Below the pieces are notes generated by a model. The model did no database searches, was not told where the DNA came from, and saw only the letters and a program-made list of their open reading frames with translations. From contig NC_069004.1 of NCBI RefSeq assembly GCF_001194135.2, forward strand, positions 34,191,553 to 34,255,552: a stretch of 64,000 bases of DNA. Direction: 5' to 3'. How positions within the stretch are numbered: position 1 is the first letter of the stretch; every line of letters starts with the position of its first letter. Shown in pieces: positions 24,799 to 38,897 of the stretch. The position numbers and the translations under genes were made by a program. This DNA comes from Octopus bimaculoides. Lineage: Eukaryota.

Positions 24799-26099
24799 GC
24801 TACTGATTTTGTTACATTTACATTCTGGGCCCAATCTAACCAACAACTTCCCTCTACCTAAAATTTGTGTCAAAATTTGAAAGAATTATAATTATATTAG
24901 AAAATGCATTGAGGCCATTTTTTTCTATTAACCTTACGTCGTGAGTTCAAATCTTACCGATGTCGAAGCTTTGCCTTGATACAGATTTGATATAAATTTG
25001 GATTTTTTAAAAATCCTTGGAATAGGAAATATCAAAGGTATTATCTACTTCGAGTTCAACCGTTAAAATAAAACGAATTATTTTTCGTTCTCCCAAAGTT
25101 TCTAAATTCTTGTAACATAGAGTACATACACACACTTCTGTCGATAGCTTTCCACTCTGTTTCTGCCGACTATTTTTCTTCACAAGGCAACCATTGGTCA
25201 GTCTAGGGCTGCGTTACAGAACACTTGCTCAAGACACCACGCATTGGGATCGAACCCCCGAAGCAAATGAAATTTTTCACATAACCTTACAATTATTTTT
25301 CTGTATTTTTGCAGATATTTTAAAACCTGTTTTTTTTTTATTTTTACATTGGCTTTCCTTCTGCCAATAAAAGAAAAGAACTAGAAATCATCATGAATGT
25401 TATATTAAAAAAATTCCTTGTCATTATTATTTTCTTCTTCACAAATTATCCTCCTCCTCATTATTATTATTATTATTATCCATTTTCAAGTCGTTCCCCG
25501 TTGATAATGTCATCTCGATGTGCGTCTAAAGATTTAGTGACATGTCTTCCCACCCCTCCAACTCTCAAATTCTTTCCAAAGGAGTCCTGTAAAATTGCGA
25601 CTGACACAATCACAAAATTCTATTGAAACGCCATTATCCTCGTCTAAATTCCAATGTTCTTGCAGACTCTTCAGAATTTGTTTTGATGATGTTAATTACT
25701 GTCAAATCATTATGAATTCTTCTTCTTCAGTTGTTGTTGTTTCCTGTCAAAAATGTAACGTTCTGATTGGTGGAGCTGTTGGTGACGATTTCTGCGAATT
25801 GTTACCATTGGTAATCGATGTCAATATCAAATGAATTAGTTACGAACGTCTAAGCTGTTAGGTTATATTGCGACCCCTTGCGCTCTTAGTCTCCTCCGTC
25901 ATTGCCTCCTCGCTCCCGCTCACTCTCTCGCTTGCTCTTACGCTATCTCGCCCATCCCCCATTGCTCTCTGTTTCTTTTTTGCCCCTTCTCTCCCCTTTT
26001 CTCCCATAATTTTCTTTTCTTTCGCCCAACTTTCGATAATTCTACTGAACGTCTACGTCTCTCCCACCCTTACCTACTTTCCAAGTTGAAATTAACGAA

Positions 26100-26600
26100 G
26101 CCACCCACCTATAACTTTACCAAAGAGGAAAATGTCTCCACTCTTTCCTTAACACGAACACACCTCATTGGCCTTACACACCAGACATAGGAAAAACAAC
26201 ATCGTAACCAAGTGTTGTTACATGCCGGACGAATAGTGACCAGCTGGATCCCGTTTTCACACAATAACATTTCATATAACCACTGGAGTCAGCAATTATG
26301 GGACAATAAACAATCACATGGAGAACCTTTTCCTCGCTTGGCACGCATCACATTCAGGCCTAGACAATGGCATTCCATGATGGTAGAACGTGTCCAATCG
26401 ACAACATTTCCTGTGCCAGTAGTTCAACTAGATCAATGGTTTTCAGGACGATATTTGTAATTCCCGGAGGAAATATCTTCGTGAACGGATCAGCCAGTTG
26501 ATTTCCACCAATGACCGCGGTTTGCCTTGAAGATAGTCCGACATTTACATTATCGTCTACAAAACCTAATTTCAAAGTCTTTCCAGCTATATTGGTGAGT
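26100..26600 (+). mobile_element. Heavily decayed Penelope-like RT fragment
   Basis: Remnants resembling PPTYNFTKEE, NGIP(MG) and (Y/Q)DDIFVI, immediately upstream of the hammerhead inverted repeat. Many stop codons. Confidence 0.35.
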
Positions 26601-26733
26601 TCTTAGCAAACAATGAACGGTCGACAACATTCGAGAGGATAATTATTCATTGTTTGTGAAGGTTGTCTCTACGGATATTCTGTAGAACTCAGAATCAGGA
26701 CTGACTTTTGTTATTCCGTTTTGAATACGGAAG

Positions 26734-26930
26734 GTCAGATGTAAACAAACAATGAGATCGAAGACGAAAAATGGGTAATGGCTGCATATGTGTAGCTATT
26801 TAAACAATGTATTCGAGGATGATTAATGGGTTAGATGGGTGCTGACGAAAGGGCAAAACGCCGCGAAATATGGCATGTATGCCCATTATCCATTTTTCAT
26901 TTTCGATCTCGTTGTTTGTTTACATGTGAC
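26734..26930. repeat. Imperfect inverted repeat (about 65-bp arms) enclosing a hammerhead core
   Basis: gtcagatgtaaacaaacaatgagatcgaagacgaaaaatgggtaatgg.. versus the reverse complement of ..cccattatccatttttcattttcgatctcgttgtttgtttacatgtgac. Confidence 0.85.
26835..26886 (+). ncRNA. Type I hammerhead motif with a partly decayed helix II
   Basis: atgggtg-CTGACGA-aagggc(aaaac)gccgc-GAAA-tatggcatg-TA-tgcccat. Helix I has 7 bp including 2 G-U pairs; helix III is near-palindromic; helix II retains only 3 bp. Confidence 0.6.
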
Positions 26931-28269
26931 GTTTCATACACGAAACGTAGCAACAAAAACTAGTGCTGATCAAAATTTCTATAGAAAATCTGTAGAGATA
27001 ACCTTCACAAATGATGTAGTGACGCTACTAACACAGTAGAACAAGGTATTGACTCATAAAAACATTTAATATACTTTATAGTATATTATAGGTGACGTAA
27101 CGAAATACCACGTACCTACGAATCATTGATAATTATTTAGTGTCGATTGACCTAAGACTGCTGGCTCACGAAAGGGATGAGAAAAACAGGTTTCTTTAAA
27201 TAGCGACTATACTTACAGACAAGGAATCTGCAAATGAGGCAGCCGGAGATGAAATTATTTTGCCGTCGGCCACGACACAGAGAGTCGCCCACAGAATGTG
27301 CTGACAATAGAGGGATTCCTTGATCGGTAGAACGTGTCCATATTCTTTCAGAACCCAAAGCACATATGCCACAGTACTGTCTGGCGAAAATTGGAACCTG
27401 GTGTTACGTTTAAGCCATAATATAGGACGAGGGCGCTTCAAACATGCAATTCTACACCTTACTCTCTGCTATTTCTTACATGAAACTGTCCATCATTCTT
27501 GTCTTGAATGAATCATACAAAAAGCACGTTCACCGCATCGGCAGTCTTGTATCTACCCCAAAACATAACTTAGTCTTAAACAACGTCTTCCATATTTCTT
27601 ACTTTTCCTTAAAAAATTGACATTTTATGAAGACATAAAAATGGCAAACTTTGAAGCAGGCACTTGACAGAACTTACGGCTAGTAACTAATCTGTTGTGT
27701 TGTAAGTTCTAGCTTATTGCACAAGAAATATTTGTCTCGACCAGCCAATGGTTTTTAATGAAGGCAAGCTAAAGTAGCGAACAGGATTAACGAAGGAAGA
27801 AATAACGAAACCAAAACGAACGAGAAACACACTGAAAAAAAAACAAATTACAGAAAATATAAAAAAAGACAAACGAAGATGAAAACCAGAATGAAAGTCA
27901 AACCAGACTGGTGGCGCCGTCTCGAAGTAGCTGATTAATTTTCGTTCTACTGCCTATGTCTGTCTGCGTGTGTGTATACATATGTGTGTGTGTGTGTATA
28001 TACATATATATATGTAGATGAATTACAAATCCTAGATAATTATTTTGTAGAGTCATATCCCAAAATATAATACTGCACTTCAGTTCACATAAAATAATAA
28101 CCATATAAAGTGTCGTCAATTCTGTTAAATCAGAATAAAGTGAAACGCATACACACATAATTATATATATATATATATATATTATATGCACACAGCTATG
28201 TATATAGACATAGGTATATACATACATACATATAATTAAAATAATACATATGAAAGTGTGTATGCATAT

Positions 28270-28440
28270 ACTGGTGCTTTGTAACGAGTTGGTTCGCCCC
28301 CGCTGTGTGGAGTCTTGAGCCATTGTCATTTGTCTTATCTCGGATCGAACCATACGCAGCCAGCCATCTTCTGAATGTTTCAGGCATGAAACGCCGGCAA
28401 TCTCAATATAGTTGCCTGGAACTAAACCACATCTCCTAGA
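28270..28440 (-). mobile_element. Decayed LINE APE-endonuclease fragment
   Basis: YGSIRDKTNDNGSRL..ANQLVTKH resembles the APE motif G....N.NG.RLL......L.I. Confidence 0.35.
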
Positions 28441-28536
28441 AGATATATTTGTGACGGTGTGTTTCTGAATATTGGCAGGAGTACTTGCTATCAGTATGTG
28501 TGTGTTTGTGGATTCACACACACACACACAACTGCC

Positions 28537-28679
28537 GGTACTCCGTAGGTTACGACGACGAGTATTCCAGTTGATCTGATCAACCAAATAGCCGACTCGT
28601 TAAATGAACGTGCAAGTGGCTGAGTATTCCACAGACACACGTACCCTTAATGTAGTTCTCAAGGCGGTTCAGCGTCGCA
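28537..28679 (-). mobile_element. SINE family A, 3' fragment
   Basis: ttccagttgatctgatcaacc..aacgtgcaagtggctgagtattccacagacac..cccttaatgtagttc. Confidence 0.8.
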
Positions 28680-28690
28680 TACACGCATGC

Positions 28691-29040
28691 TTTTACTTGT
28701 TTCAGTGTATTTGATTGCGACGATATTGGAACACCGCCTCAAAGGGTTTTTATAGTGGAATAAATTGACCCCAGGACTTATTTTTTTTAACCTCGTACTT
28801 ATTCTATCAGTTTCTTTTCCCGTTAAGTTACGGGAATGTAAACGCACAAACAACGACTGTCCAGCGGCGATGGGAGGGGAGACATCGGAGTTTTAACTCC
28901 CGTTTACCAAATCCACTCAGAAGGCTTTGGTCGGCCAGAGGCTACAGTAGAAGGCACTTGCCCAAGATGTCATGCAATGGGACTGAACCCGGAACCATGT
29001 GGTTGAGAAGAAAGCTTCTTATCACACAGCCAAGTCTGTA
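28691..29040 (-). mobile_element. SINE family C, full length
   Basis: cttgtttcagt..gaccccaggactta..ccaaatccactcagaaggctttggtcggcc..ggaaccatgtggttg..cttatcacacagcc. Confidence 0.85.
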
Positions 29041-29144
29041 CCCTGATTTAATGTATGATAATGTTCCATTAACCTGAAATCCTTTAATCTGATTGATTAT
29101 CCTGTATCCTGCACATTTTGATTTGCATCAGCAGCTTTCTTTAA

Positions 29145-29179
<35 letters not shown>

Positions 29180-31072
29180 ACTTTTCCAGCAATACTGTAT
29201 TAATTCCTGTTGAATAGTTCGATTCCTTTTACCGTATTTGAACCGTTGTATCTTCATTTATCCTCGGCGTGTTATCACTTCAGCTAATTGTGTAATGCTT
29301 AGTAATTCTATGCTCCCACTATTGTTTAAAGGGAAGCTTGATCAGCGTTTGTTTTTTTTATATCAATCTGTCTTTATCTCTTGGTATTAATTCATTGTAT
29401 CTGTTATTATTCGTGTGGTTGACTTCTCCTGGCAGCGTTTCTAACGAGTCTGCGAAAAACTGCGACGAGGATGTATTTAGCTCTAACTTAGCACCAGAAA
29501 GCCGAAATAAAATTTGGTTCGAAGAGACCCAGAGAAATTGTAGAGACATGATTGGATTTGTAATAGTATAAGTTCGTTAGTTAAATTTTAATTAGGCAAT
29601 TATTTCATGTTAAGTATACTTAGTTTAATTACTAAAGTGAAATTAATATTGTTTGTACAACATGTGCCCTCATTTTAGGTCATGTATGTGTGTGTCTGTA
29701 TGCATGTGTGTATAGGGTTAACCTCGATCGCGAGTAAGTTTTAGTGGGTGCGGTTTTGGTCTTATTATATCCTTGGAAGACGCAAATCTGATCTGCCTTA
29801 TGGTTATGTATTTACGGGTAACTAATAGCAGAGACATCGTTATTTCCAGCCGTCAACGTAAAAGCTTGTGACCATCGGTTTTTGCGTCTTCCATAGTATA
29901 GTCAAATGAAATGACGGCTGCTCCAGCGCTCTCACCGGCTTCGCAGATAACGATAAGTAAATTCGATCAAATCCGGTTCATTTATTGTACCATCGTATTG
30001 TTTAAATTCTGTTATCACTTCCATCCCCAGGCAACGCCGTCAAGTCAGGACGCAAGCAGAAGCTTTTAGCTACAGAATTAAAATTAACCGCTTATAATGG
30101 TAAAAGTAGTGTTTCTGAGAGTGCTGCCCGTTCGAGATAAGGTGTACATGTGCAGAAGTGCTGTCAGGGAGGACTCTTTGAAATGCAAATTGTGCTTTGA
30201 GAAATGAAACCTGCGCCCTCACACTAAATATCCGGGCTTTACTGAGTTGTAGAGTTAGGTCGAATAAATGTTGTCACGTGTACGACGGATCTAGCCCCAA
30301 TCAACAGTGTATATCTTGAGATTGTTCCACTGCTCGAGGCAAGGCAGGCGGTTTTCTACAGTCTTTTGGCTGCGTTGTGGCCACTAGTTTTTGCGTCTTC
30401 CAGTTGTATGATCAAATAAAATGACGGCCGCTCCAGCGCTCTCCGCTCCCACTAAACATGGCCAACAGAACTGCTACTGTGATATTGAACCCTCGTAAGA
30501 TATATGGTGCACGAAACTGAAATGCTTCCAGTTCAGACTATTTCCCGTTTGTTAAATTCGTCATTGATTCTTTCTCACTTTCCACATGGAAAGGAAGGCA
30601 TGTGTGATGCGGAAGGTACTGTTTTCCCTCTAAGTTTCTTAAAGTGTGGCCGCCAGATACGAAATTGGTATGAATTGATGAGTTTGCGCTATGTCCCTGT
30701 ACGTCGGAGAACGACAGTTGAGAAAAATCACCCTCGATATCGGGAGAGACCTTGAATCTGTGGGTTAACTGAGTGGCCCTTGTCGGATGTCTTGCAAGGA
30801 GAGGACAATAGCATCACTTACATGTACACTTTGTATTTGTTTTGCATTGTTACTGTAAAACTTTTGTCATTTTTATGGCCTTTTACTACCCTCTCCCGTC
30901 AGTGCTCCGTCTGTGTACTATATTTTAACAATCTGGTCCTCGTAACTGTTGGAAAAAATATAGTCCAACCGTGCCATACTGTAATCTTGAACCCTGGATC
31001 TTGATATTTGGAAGTGAGCTTCTTAGCCGTTCGCCTATGACTTTTCTTCATGCATCATATCATTCTTTTCTT

Positions 31073-31109
<37 letters not shown>

Positions 31110-31362
31110 TGGTGTATAAATATTGTATTTCTGTATTTCAATGAGGCGACCTCAAATGTTATGATTTAGTTTAATTGTCTTTCGTTTCTCTCCAAATATT
31201 TATCGAAATATTTATAAATCTCTCGATATGTGAATGCGTGCTTGTCTTTCCATGCATCGTTTGTTTGTTTATGGCCGCCTCTTTGTCTACCTGCCTCAAC
31301 GACCTGCCTGCACATCAGTCCCTGCCTCTGTCTGTCTGTCCGTCTCTCTCTCTTTCTCTTTA

Positions 31363-31399
<37 letters not shown>

Positions 31400-32072
31400 T
31401 CTGTCTCTGTTAGCCTGCCTACTTACCTGCCTGTCTCTCTGCCTGGCTACCTGTCTCTCTGTCTGTCTCTTTCTTTCTCTGCCTGCCCGCCTTACTTGTC
31501 TGCCTGCCTGCCTTGTCTGTCTGTCTCTCTGCCTGCGTCTTGTGTCGCTGTATAGTCGTCTTACTTTCTCACCTCATCTCTCAACGCCTGAAATCACCCA
31601 CCACTGTCTTCTGTTATTAATCATAAAACACGAGAAAATAATATCTCATTTGATTAATATCACTTCCTCAAACTATGATAAACCACATTTCACTACAAAG
31701 ATACCGTTCCTTCAACAAACCGTTCGACACTCACTTCATAATCATTTAGTGCTCAATGCAATAAATATGTTAACTGTAACATTTTTATATTCCAGTGAAG
31801 CTTTTCTTTTAAATACTAATTAAGTGTACGACAGATCTGGCCCCATTCGACCGTGTATATCTTGAGATTGTCATACACTTGATAACAGCAACAAATGTTT
31901 GCTGTTCAAACATTTGTCAACTTGTAACTTAGGGGCATTTTTTCTTCTGCACACCGTATTATCAAACAGTTATTAGCTAAATAATCCTTAGTGTTTTATG
32001 TTCGCCAAATGTACTACCAAACAATATTTAAACTAAAGTTTAGCCACAGCATGTAGAGCTTAAAATTATCCA

Positions 32073-32108
<36 letters not shown>

Positions 32109-32810
32109 CTAAAACGTGTGCTTTCTCTACGTTACCTTTTTTTTTTATACCAGATGTCAAGATCGGCTTTCAAAACGTATATATATCAGGTGAGTGTATC
32201 CATCGTTAGTTACTTTCTACAGTAAAAAACAACTATGCTGCCATTAACGATTCTCATACCAAAACATAAAAGCAGAATCAAAGTGTGCCCAGAATACATG
32301 GGAATTTCGAAGAAAACAAGAGTAGAATGTATCCCACTAATCCCACAAGATTTATTTAATGAGGACGCGTTGCATAATGTTTAGGGAGTTGAACACTCGA
32401 TCGCGAGATCGATTTCCGCTCCGGGAAATGCATTGTGTTCCGGAGCAAAATACTTTACCTCATGATGCTCTGAGATCGCTTCGACATCCGACTTTGGCAC
32501 ACTATACACTCTGTACTTGTAATGCCGATTTGATGGAGCGAATGAACTCGTGTACAGGACAAACATTTGGTTACTATAAACAAATAAACTGTGCATTTTG
32601 TTCCGAAATAAACTGCAGAGCCGTCTCTCTCGAACAAGAGACACTAACTTTAATGCTAAAATAAACTAAGAGTAATTTTATAATTCCTGCAACTAAAATA
32701 TTAGTGTTATAAGCAAGACTGTGCATTATTCTGGATTAAATGGACAAAAAGACTGATTTGCTACATGGTCTGGAAATGAAATGAACGGTTTAGGTTCCAC
32801 ATGCAATAAA

Positions 32811-32878
32811 AAAAAAGACAATAGTGGAAGAAAAAATGAACAATAAAAAAGACAATAGTGGAAGAAAGAATGAACACG
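32811..32878 (+). repeat. 34-bp tandem duplication
   Basis: aaaaaagacaatagtggaagaaa(a/g)aatgaaca, two copies. Confidence 0.85.
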
Positions 32879-33073
32879 TGACACATGAATTTAGGATGCA
32901 TAGATTTTTATACAGTTAAAAAAGGGACAGGAGACACTATATATATGTATGTAGGTATATATGTATATATACGTAGATGTATATATATATATATGTTTCA
33001 ATATATAACATACATTCATACGGAACAGACATGCTCGCACACATGCATATACAGGCATACATACATGCATATA

Positions 33074-33122
<49 letters not shown>

Positions 33123-33291
33123 ATCAGATACGTATATCAAAATTAACATAACCATGTGTATATAGATATGCATATATATTTATGTAATTTTATAAATGTT
33201 TAATATATACACGTGTGTATATACACACATATATATACATATACACATATATACATACATATGTACATATACATACATATATACACAAGAC

Positions 33292-33326
<35 letters not shown>

Positions 33327-33689
33327 AAAAAAAAATAATCACCGGGGTTCGAACTAATTTGAAACGAACCCTCAAACTACCAGGTGCGCATGCGTGTGAA
33401 TGGAATTATGGGATACTAATCTAAATAAAAGGTTGATTGAAATATAAAACATCTAAGTAAATAGTTTTACCTGTCTAAGGTATGAAATTAATATTGTTAT
33501 TATTATTAATAATATTATTAGTAATAGTATCACTGTTGTGTGTCCCAAAGACAGCGTCTTTGGTTCGCTTTTGGCCAGCTCCTTTAGTAAATGTCTGTTA
33601 AGTCTTTTATTTTATTTCACCCCCCACCCCAGTCTGACCTTCCTTGAAATTTGAGTTAGGCCTCTTGGTTTGTAAAAAAAAAAAAAGAA

Positions 33690-33703
33690 TCATTTTACAT
33701 TTA

Positions 33704-33767
<64 letters not shown>

Positions 33768-33982
33768 CAAACATATAAGCACATATGTAAATAAATGCAT
33801 ACGTATATACATGTATATAAATATATATACGCATTTGTGTATGTATATATATATATATATATGGTATATGGATATATATAAATACACGTATTTTTAGGTG
33901 TTTGTATGGGTGCACATAATACAGATATATACGCATATATACATATACAAACACTATATAGATATATATACACTTATATGCG

Positions 33983-34014
<32 letters not shown>

Positions 34015-34360
34015 CCTATAAACATTGTATGTATATATATAAAATATACCCATAAACATTGTATATATATAATATACTCATACACATTATATATATACAT
34101 ATATACGCGTGCATTTATATATACACATGTCTATGTATATATGTATATATATATGTATACATACATGTATACATACATATACACATACATATATATATAT
34201 GCATATATATATATATATACATATGTATGTACACATATATACACATATATATATGTATATATATGTACATATATGCACGTATATGAATGTATACGTAGAA
34301 ATATAAACATATATAATATAGATATGTATGTATATATTATGCATACATATTATACATAAA
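33690..34360. repeat. Long degenerate TA/CA microsatellite tract
   Basis: Direct reading; source of several Y/I-rich pseudo-ORFs. Confidence 0.9.
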
Positions 34361-34652
34361 AAAGACAAAAGAAGTGGGTGTATAAACACAACCTTTAGTA
34401 CCGCCTACCCGGCATTTTACTAAAACTGAATTATTTACATCTTCCTTACGTGGACAGACTACTTTTTGGGGGTGGAATTTTACACGTTGTGTGTTTTTAC
34501 GAATTCTTGTATGTGTGTGTGTGTGTGTGGGTAAGACTTGAGTACCCGGCGTATGTGAATGCGGTTATTGTGACAACCTGTATGCTATTGTCTTCATGTT
34601 TCATTGAAAGAAATAGTTGTTTTTTATTGTGTGTGTGTGTGTGTGTGTTTGT

Positions 34653-34686
<34 letters not shown>

Positions 34687-35920
34687 AAAGGGGAGAGAGA
34701 GAATGAGGGAGACTGTGTATATGTGATTGTGTATATATTTGTGTGTGGTTGCCAGTGTGCACCTACATCACTTCACTGTAAGTGACTGATATTTGTGTGA
34801 AATATCCGTATATCATTCTATAGTCTTCCTCTTACTTTTCTCTTTCTTGTAATCATCATCATCAACATCGTTAGTATCATTATCATGGTAGACATGAGAA
34901 TGGTGCTGCTTTTGAAGCTGTTGATGATGATGATGATATATGTTGATGACGGTGTATAATGAAAATGAGAATGATGATGAGGATAGTGAAAGTACAGTTT
35001 AAGTATCGAAAGTTTCGTCACCATTACCGCCCTCATTACTATTGAAATCGTTTTTCTCTTCTCCACAATTATCATCGGCACTTTTATCATCATCGTCATC
35101 ATCATCATCGTCACCATTATTATCATTCTCAGCAGCTTCCTCATCTCTTTCCCTCCTCATTCTTATCATCATCATCATCAAAATCATTGATCAGCAACGA
35201 TTACGAGTGAATCAAAGAAACAGAAACAACTACAACAATAAAAAAAACAAGATTAACAAGAGAAACAAAAATATAAAACAATAAAAAACAATAAACTCAC
35301 TCATTAAAAAAACAAGAAAAATGTGAAGAAAAAACGTTTCTTATATCAAATATATACCGTCTTATATACACATGGGAGTGTGGGTAGGTATGTATATAAA
35401 TGTTTATGCATGTATGTATACGTTTTTGTTCGTGTATTCCGATATGTATGAACACCTATTTGTGTGTATACGCATATATATGCATATGGATGTTTACGTA
35501 TATGTGTGCATGTGAATATATGAGGTGTGTGTGCTGTGTTGTCTGTCATTTCTATAGTATATCATAAGGTTTGTTCATGTTACATATCCATTTATATATA
35601 TATATATATATATATATNNNNNNNNNNNNNNNNNNNNNNNNNNNNNNNNNNNNNNNNNNNNNNNNNNNNNNNNNNNNNNNNNNNNNNNNNNNNNNNNNNN
35701 NNNNNNNNNNNNNNNNNNTATTATTTGTTTATTATAGAGACATGCCATGTCATTAAAGCTATTTGTACAACCAAAATAGGATTATGGAAAAATCGAAAAA
35801 TGAAGGAAAGGATCTGTAAAAACTGTTCGCTCTTTCATTACTCTCTGTTGTAGTATATGTGACTCTTCCGCAGAAGAACGGTAACGATAATAACATAATA
35901 TACGTTTGAGCAATCAATAC

Positions 35921-35958
<38 letters not shown>

Positions 35959-38594
35959 CAAGTTGGTTTATCCTCTTTAGTTTCGTGGCCCTGAAAGCAA
36001 GGCGATCGTTTCTTGCTTCCGAAGGTCACAAGAGGAGGATATGTGCACATGTCCACGAAATTTCATATAATATGAGGAACTGAGTCAACTTGTTAGTCTA
36101 GAAACGCAACTATGTTTTGAGTGCTACTTCCGTTCGCTTTTTCGGCCACTCTTGTGTGTGTGTAATGAATGTGTGGTTGTGTGTGTATATGTATCTGTAT
36201 ATCCTTTGTACAAATTTACATAATTGTAGTCGAGTCACATTTATAACATTTTTTATATTGATCTTCAATTATATAGTGTTATGATAGCTGGAAAGGCATA
36301 GGGTAGCAGAAGCGAGATTTGATCGCGGGACACTTTGAATCAGGACTGCGTTCAAACATCTATCGAATATATTGTGTATTAACGTTCTACACTATCGATC
36401 GTCTTCATCATCATTCCTATTTTATTATTTGGTATTGTCAACAAAGAACTTACCTTTTAATGTACCGTTCAAACTGAATGTACTTTTTGTGACTTGGCTG
36501 TGTGGACCCGTTTTATACAAGGGAGAGAAGTGCGTATATTTTGTCTTTAAATTTTTTTTTTTACTCCGTTTAGAGGAGAAAATGGTTCTGCATTTTGAAA
36601 CATGCTTTATTTTTGTCATGTATTCAAAAACTGTTTGTATGCATGGCGTCCCCTGTGGTGTCAGTATGTGTAGACTCCCATAAAAGGTGGTAGAAGTAGC
36701 ATAGATGCCTCCAAATATTTAACAGATTAAAATTGTTAAAAGAGAAAAAGAAAACGACAGATGAATATATAAACACATTTGTTAAAAAAAAAAAGAAAAA
36801 TGAAACAAAAATAAACATTCACATCATAACACACAGAATTGGCGTTAGCCAAAGTTTTAACAAGGTTTGCTAGCCCGGAAGCTAGATAGAAATGTTGAAC
36901 ACTAGTCATCTTTTGGGGAAAAAAAAGTCAGAGATCTATAACAAAGGCTTGTACCTCCTTCCACGACGTTTCCATCTTAGAACGAACATTGAGGAATTAG
37001 AACAAAACCTGCATCTCAAAAGAAGGGAGGGAAGTTTTTAAATGCTCCAAAGTAGGAGTTGGAAGAAAATCTAGCCTATGTATTGAACGACCTCGTCTCT
37101 GCAGACAAGCGCTGGGCAAATGAAAAATATTCCTGGTCCTTAAATACTGATGACCAGACGAAAAATATGCAAAGCTGGTGGACGATACACCCTCACAGAG
37201 GTTGTTGGTGGTTTATAGAGGAGACAAAGCACTAGTTTCATGGACAATGGCCTGTGATCCGTCTTTAAAATTCACGGCAAACTCTGAGGTGTAAAACACA
37301 AAGATAAACACAAAGGTAACGTGCAAATCTATGATCGAACAAGGGTTATGAAAACCCTTATGGCGCACAATAACCTGAAGCTATCCCAGAGGTTTATGCA
37401 ATTTTCGGTGCAGAAAATAAAGCGGTTAGTTTAGTGGAACAGAACAGAAGGCCCTGTGACTGTTAAAAGTTCCCTGAGGGCTTTCTCTTCAGTAGAATTT
37501 TAAAAATCAAAGAAGGGAAATGGCAGTGGATCGCAACAGTGTCAGCAGCTACAACAACAACAACGTTAGGCTCCAGAAAATACAGTTCGAAGAGAGGCAT
37601 TAATCGCAACGTCGTGAAAAGTTGCCAGGATCCGACGACTGGAAAGCTGACGGCTGAATTTCTCCTGTAGAGTGGCAACCAAAGGTCACAACAGGTAATT
37701 CCACACAATCGCTTCATAACGATGCGGAGGGAATCTAGACTGGAGAACCGTGATAAAATGTCGGGAAGAGTACAAAAGAAATAAAACGTAAAACCAAACT
37801 ACAGACAATCGAACCCGTGACGAAGACAAGCAAGATGTTTGGACAGAAGTTCATCAGTCCAAAAGAATGGCAAAAATTTCACGATTGTTTATATTAACAA
37901 ATTGAAGCTAATGGACCTCTTGAAAAGCCTAAAAGATGAAGATGGAACAATGGGCTAGTAGAAGAAAAGATTGGTAGTGGTGGGACTTAGATGATAGACT
38001 GTTAATGGAAACTATTAGGAATCAATAGAGTTGTTGATAAAAGGTTGGGGTGTGGGTTACTGAAATCATAGAATGTTAATGGAAACTACAGCAATAGTCT
38101 ATGTACTGCTGAAAATACCTCTATAGAGATGTGACAAGATCCTCTCCTTGACACACATCAGATACGCACGGGCACCGTTAGGAGGGGAAATTATTCGGGT
38201 TTATGGGTTGCCGCAATCTAACCAAGATGGCGTCCTCGTTACCCTCTTGTCAATTGATTATTTTGTTTTTGTTTTCATATATTTATTTAACTTTTTAGTG
38301 TCATTCATCTGTATTTACTTCATTTGTAATATTTTAATGTAGTGAATACTCTTTTTACCCAAACCCTCGTTTACTTTTTTTTTAAATTTTGTAATATATG
38401 TGCGCGTGCCTTCACATTCTATACTCTTTTGGACCTTTCATAAAGTGAAAGAAATAAATCATTATTATTGCTATATTGTTATCATTATTCATATCTTGCG
38501 AGTTTACATTTATCAACAATAGAATGCGTGGGAGCAATTCCACGGAACCAGGGAACCGTATCGATACACAAGCACGAATGTTTGTGTACGGGTA

Positions 38595-38897
38595 CTACAG
38601 CGGAATGCTTAATAAGTTCGCTTCGTTATCACGAGGCAACGAGTTCGATCTCACTGCGTGGTATCTTCCGCAAATGTATTCTCTATAGCAAATGAAATGG
38701 GGGTAGACGGAAACTGTATAGAAGCCCGTCAGATAGATTTTATTTGTAGTTAATTCAAAAGATAGTCTTGTCAAAAAATTACATTAAAGATATACATGCT
38801 CATATAAAATGTTCAGCCCCTTATATTTCAATAAAAGAGCAGGTAATTCAGTTGATCGAACAAGAGAATCCTCGTCATCGAGCGACGGAGATCCTTC
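38595..38897 (+). mobile_element. Diverged tRNA-SINE
   Basis: gagttcgatctcactgcgtgg..gtagacggaaactg..; tail cagttgatcgaac..cctcgtcatcgagcgacggag. Confidence 0.55.

Noticed and set aside
25645-25685. Minus-strand CTGAAGA with aaatt/aattt flanks
   Set aside because: GAAC instead of GAAA, no helix II and no UH site.
27898-28587. 229-aa minus-strand ORF
   Set aside because: A chance read-through of a SINE tail, a decayed LINE fragment and microsatellite.
29878-30443. Cadherin-like reading of the 56-nt repeat (RALERPSFYLIIQLED)
   Set aside because: No LDRE, DXND or A.D.G motifs, and the two copies are frameshifted relative to each other.
31230-31823. 197-aa Leu/Ser/Cys-rich ORF
   Set aside because: Encoded by (CT)n and (CTGC/CTGT)n simple repeats.
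37143-37175. CTGATGA-ccagac-GAAA
   Set aside because: Helix II cannot pair, and there is no UH site or helix I partner.
36840-37980. Purine-rich stretch resembling decayed retroelement coding sequence (similar tracts at 49000-51100)
   Set aside because: No diagnostic motif could be recovered, so it was left uncalled.
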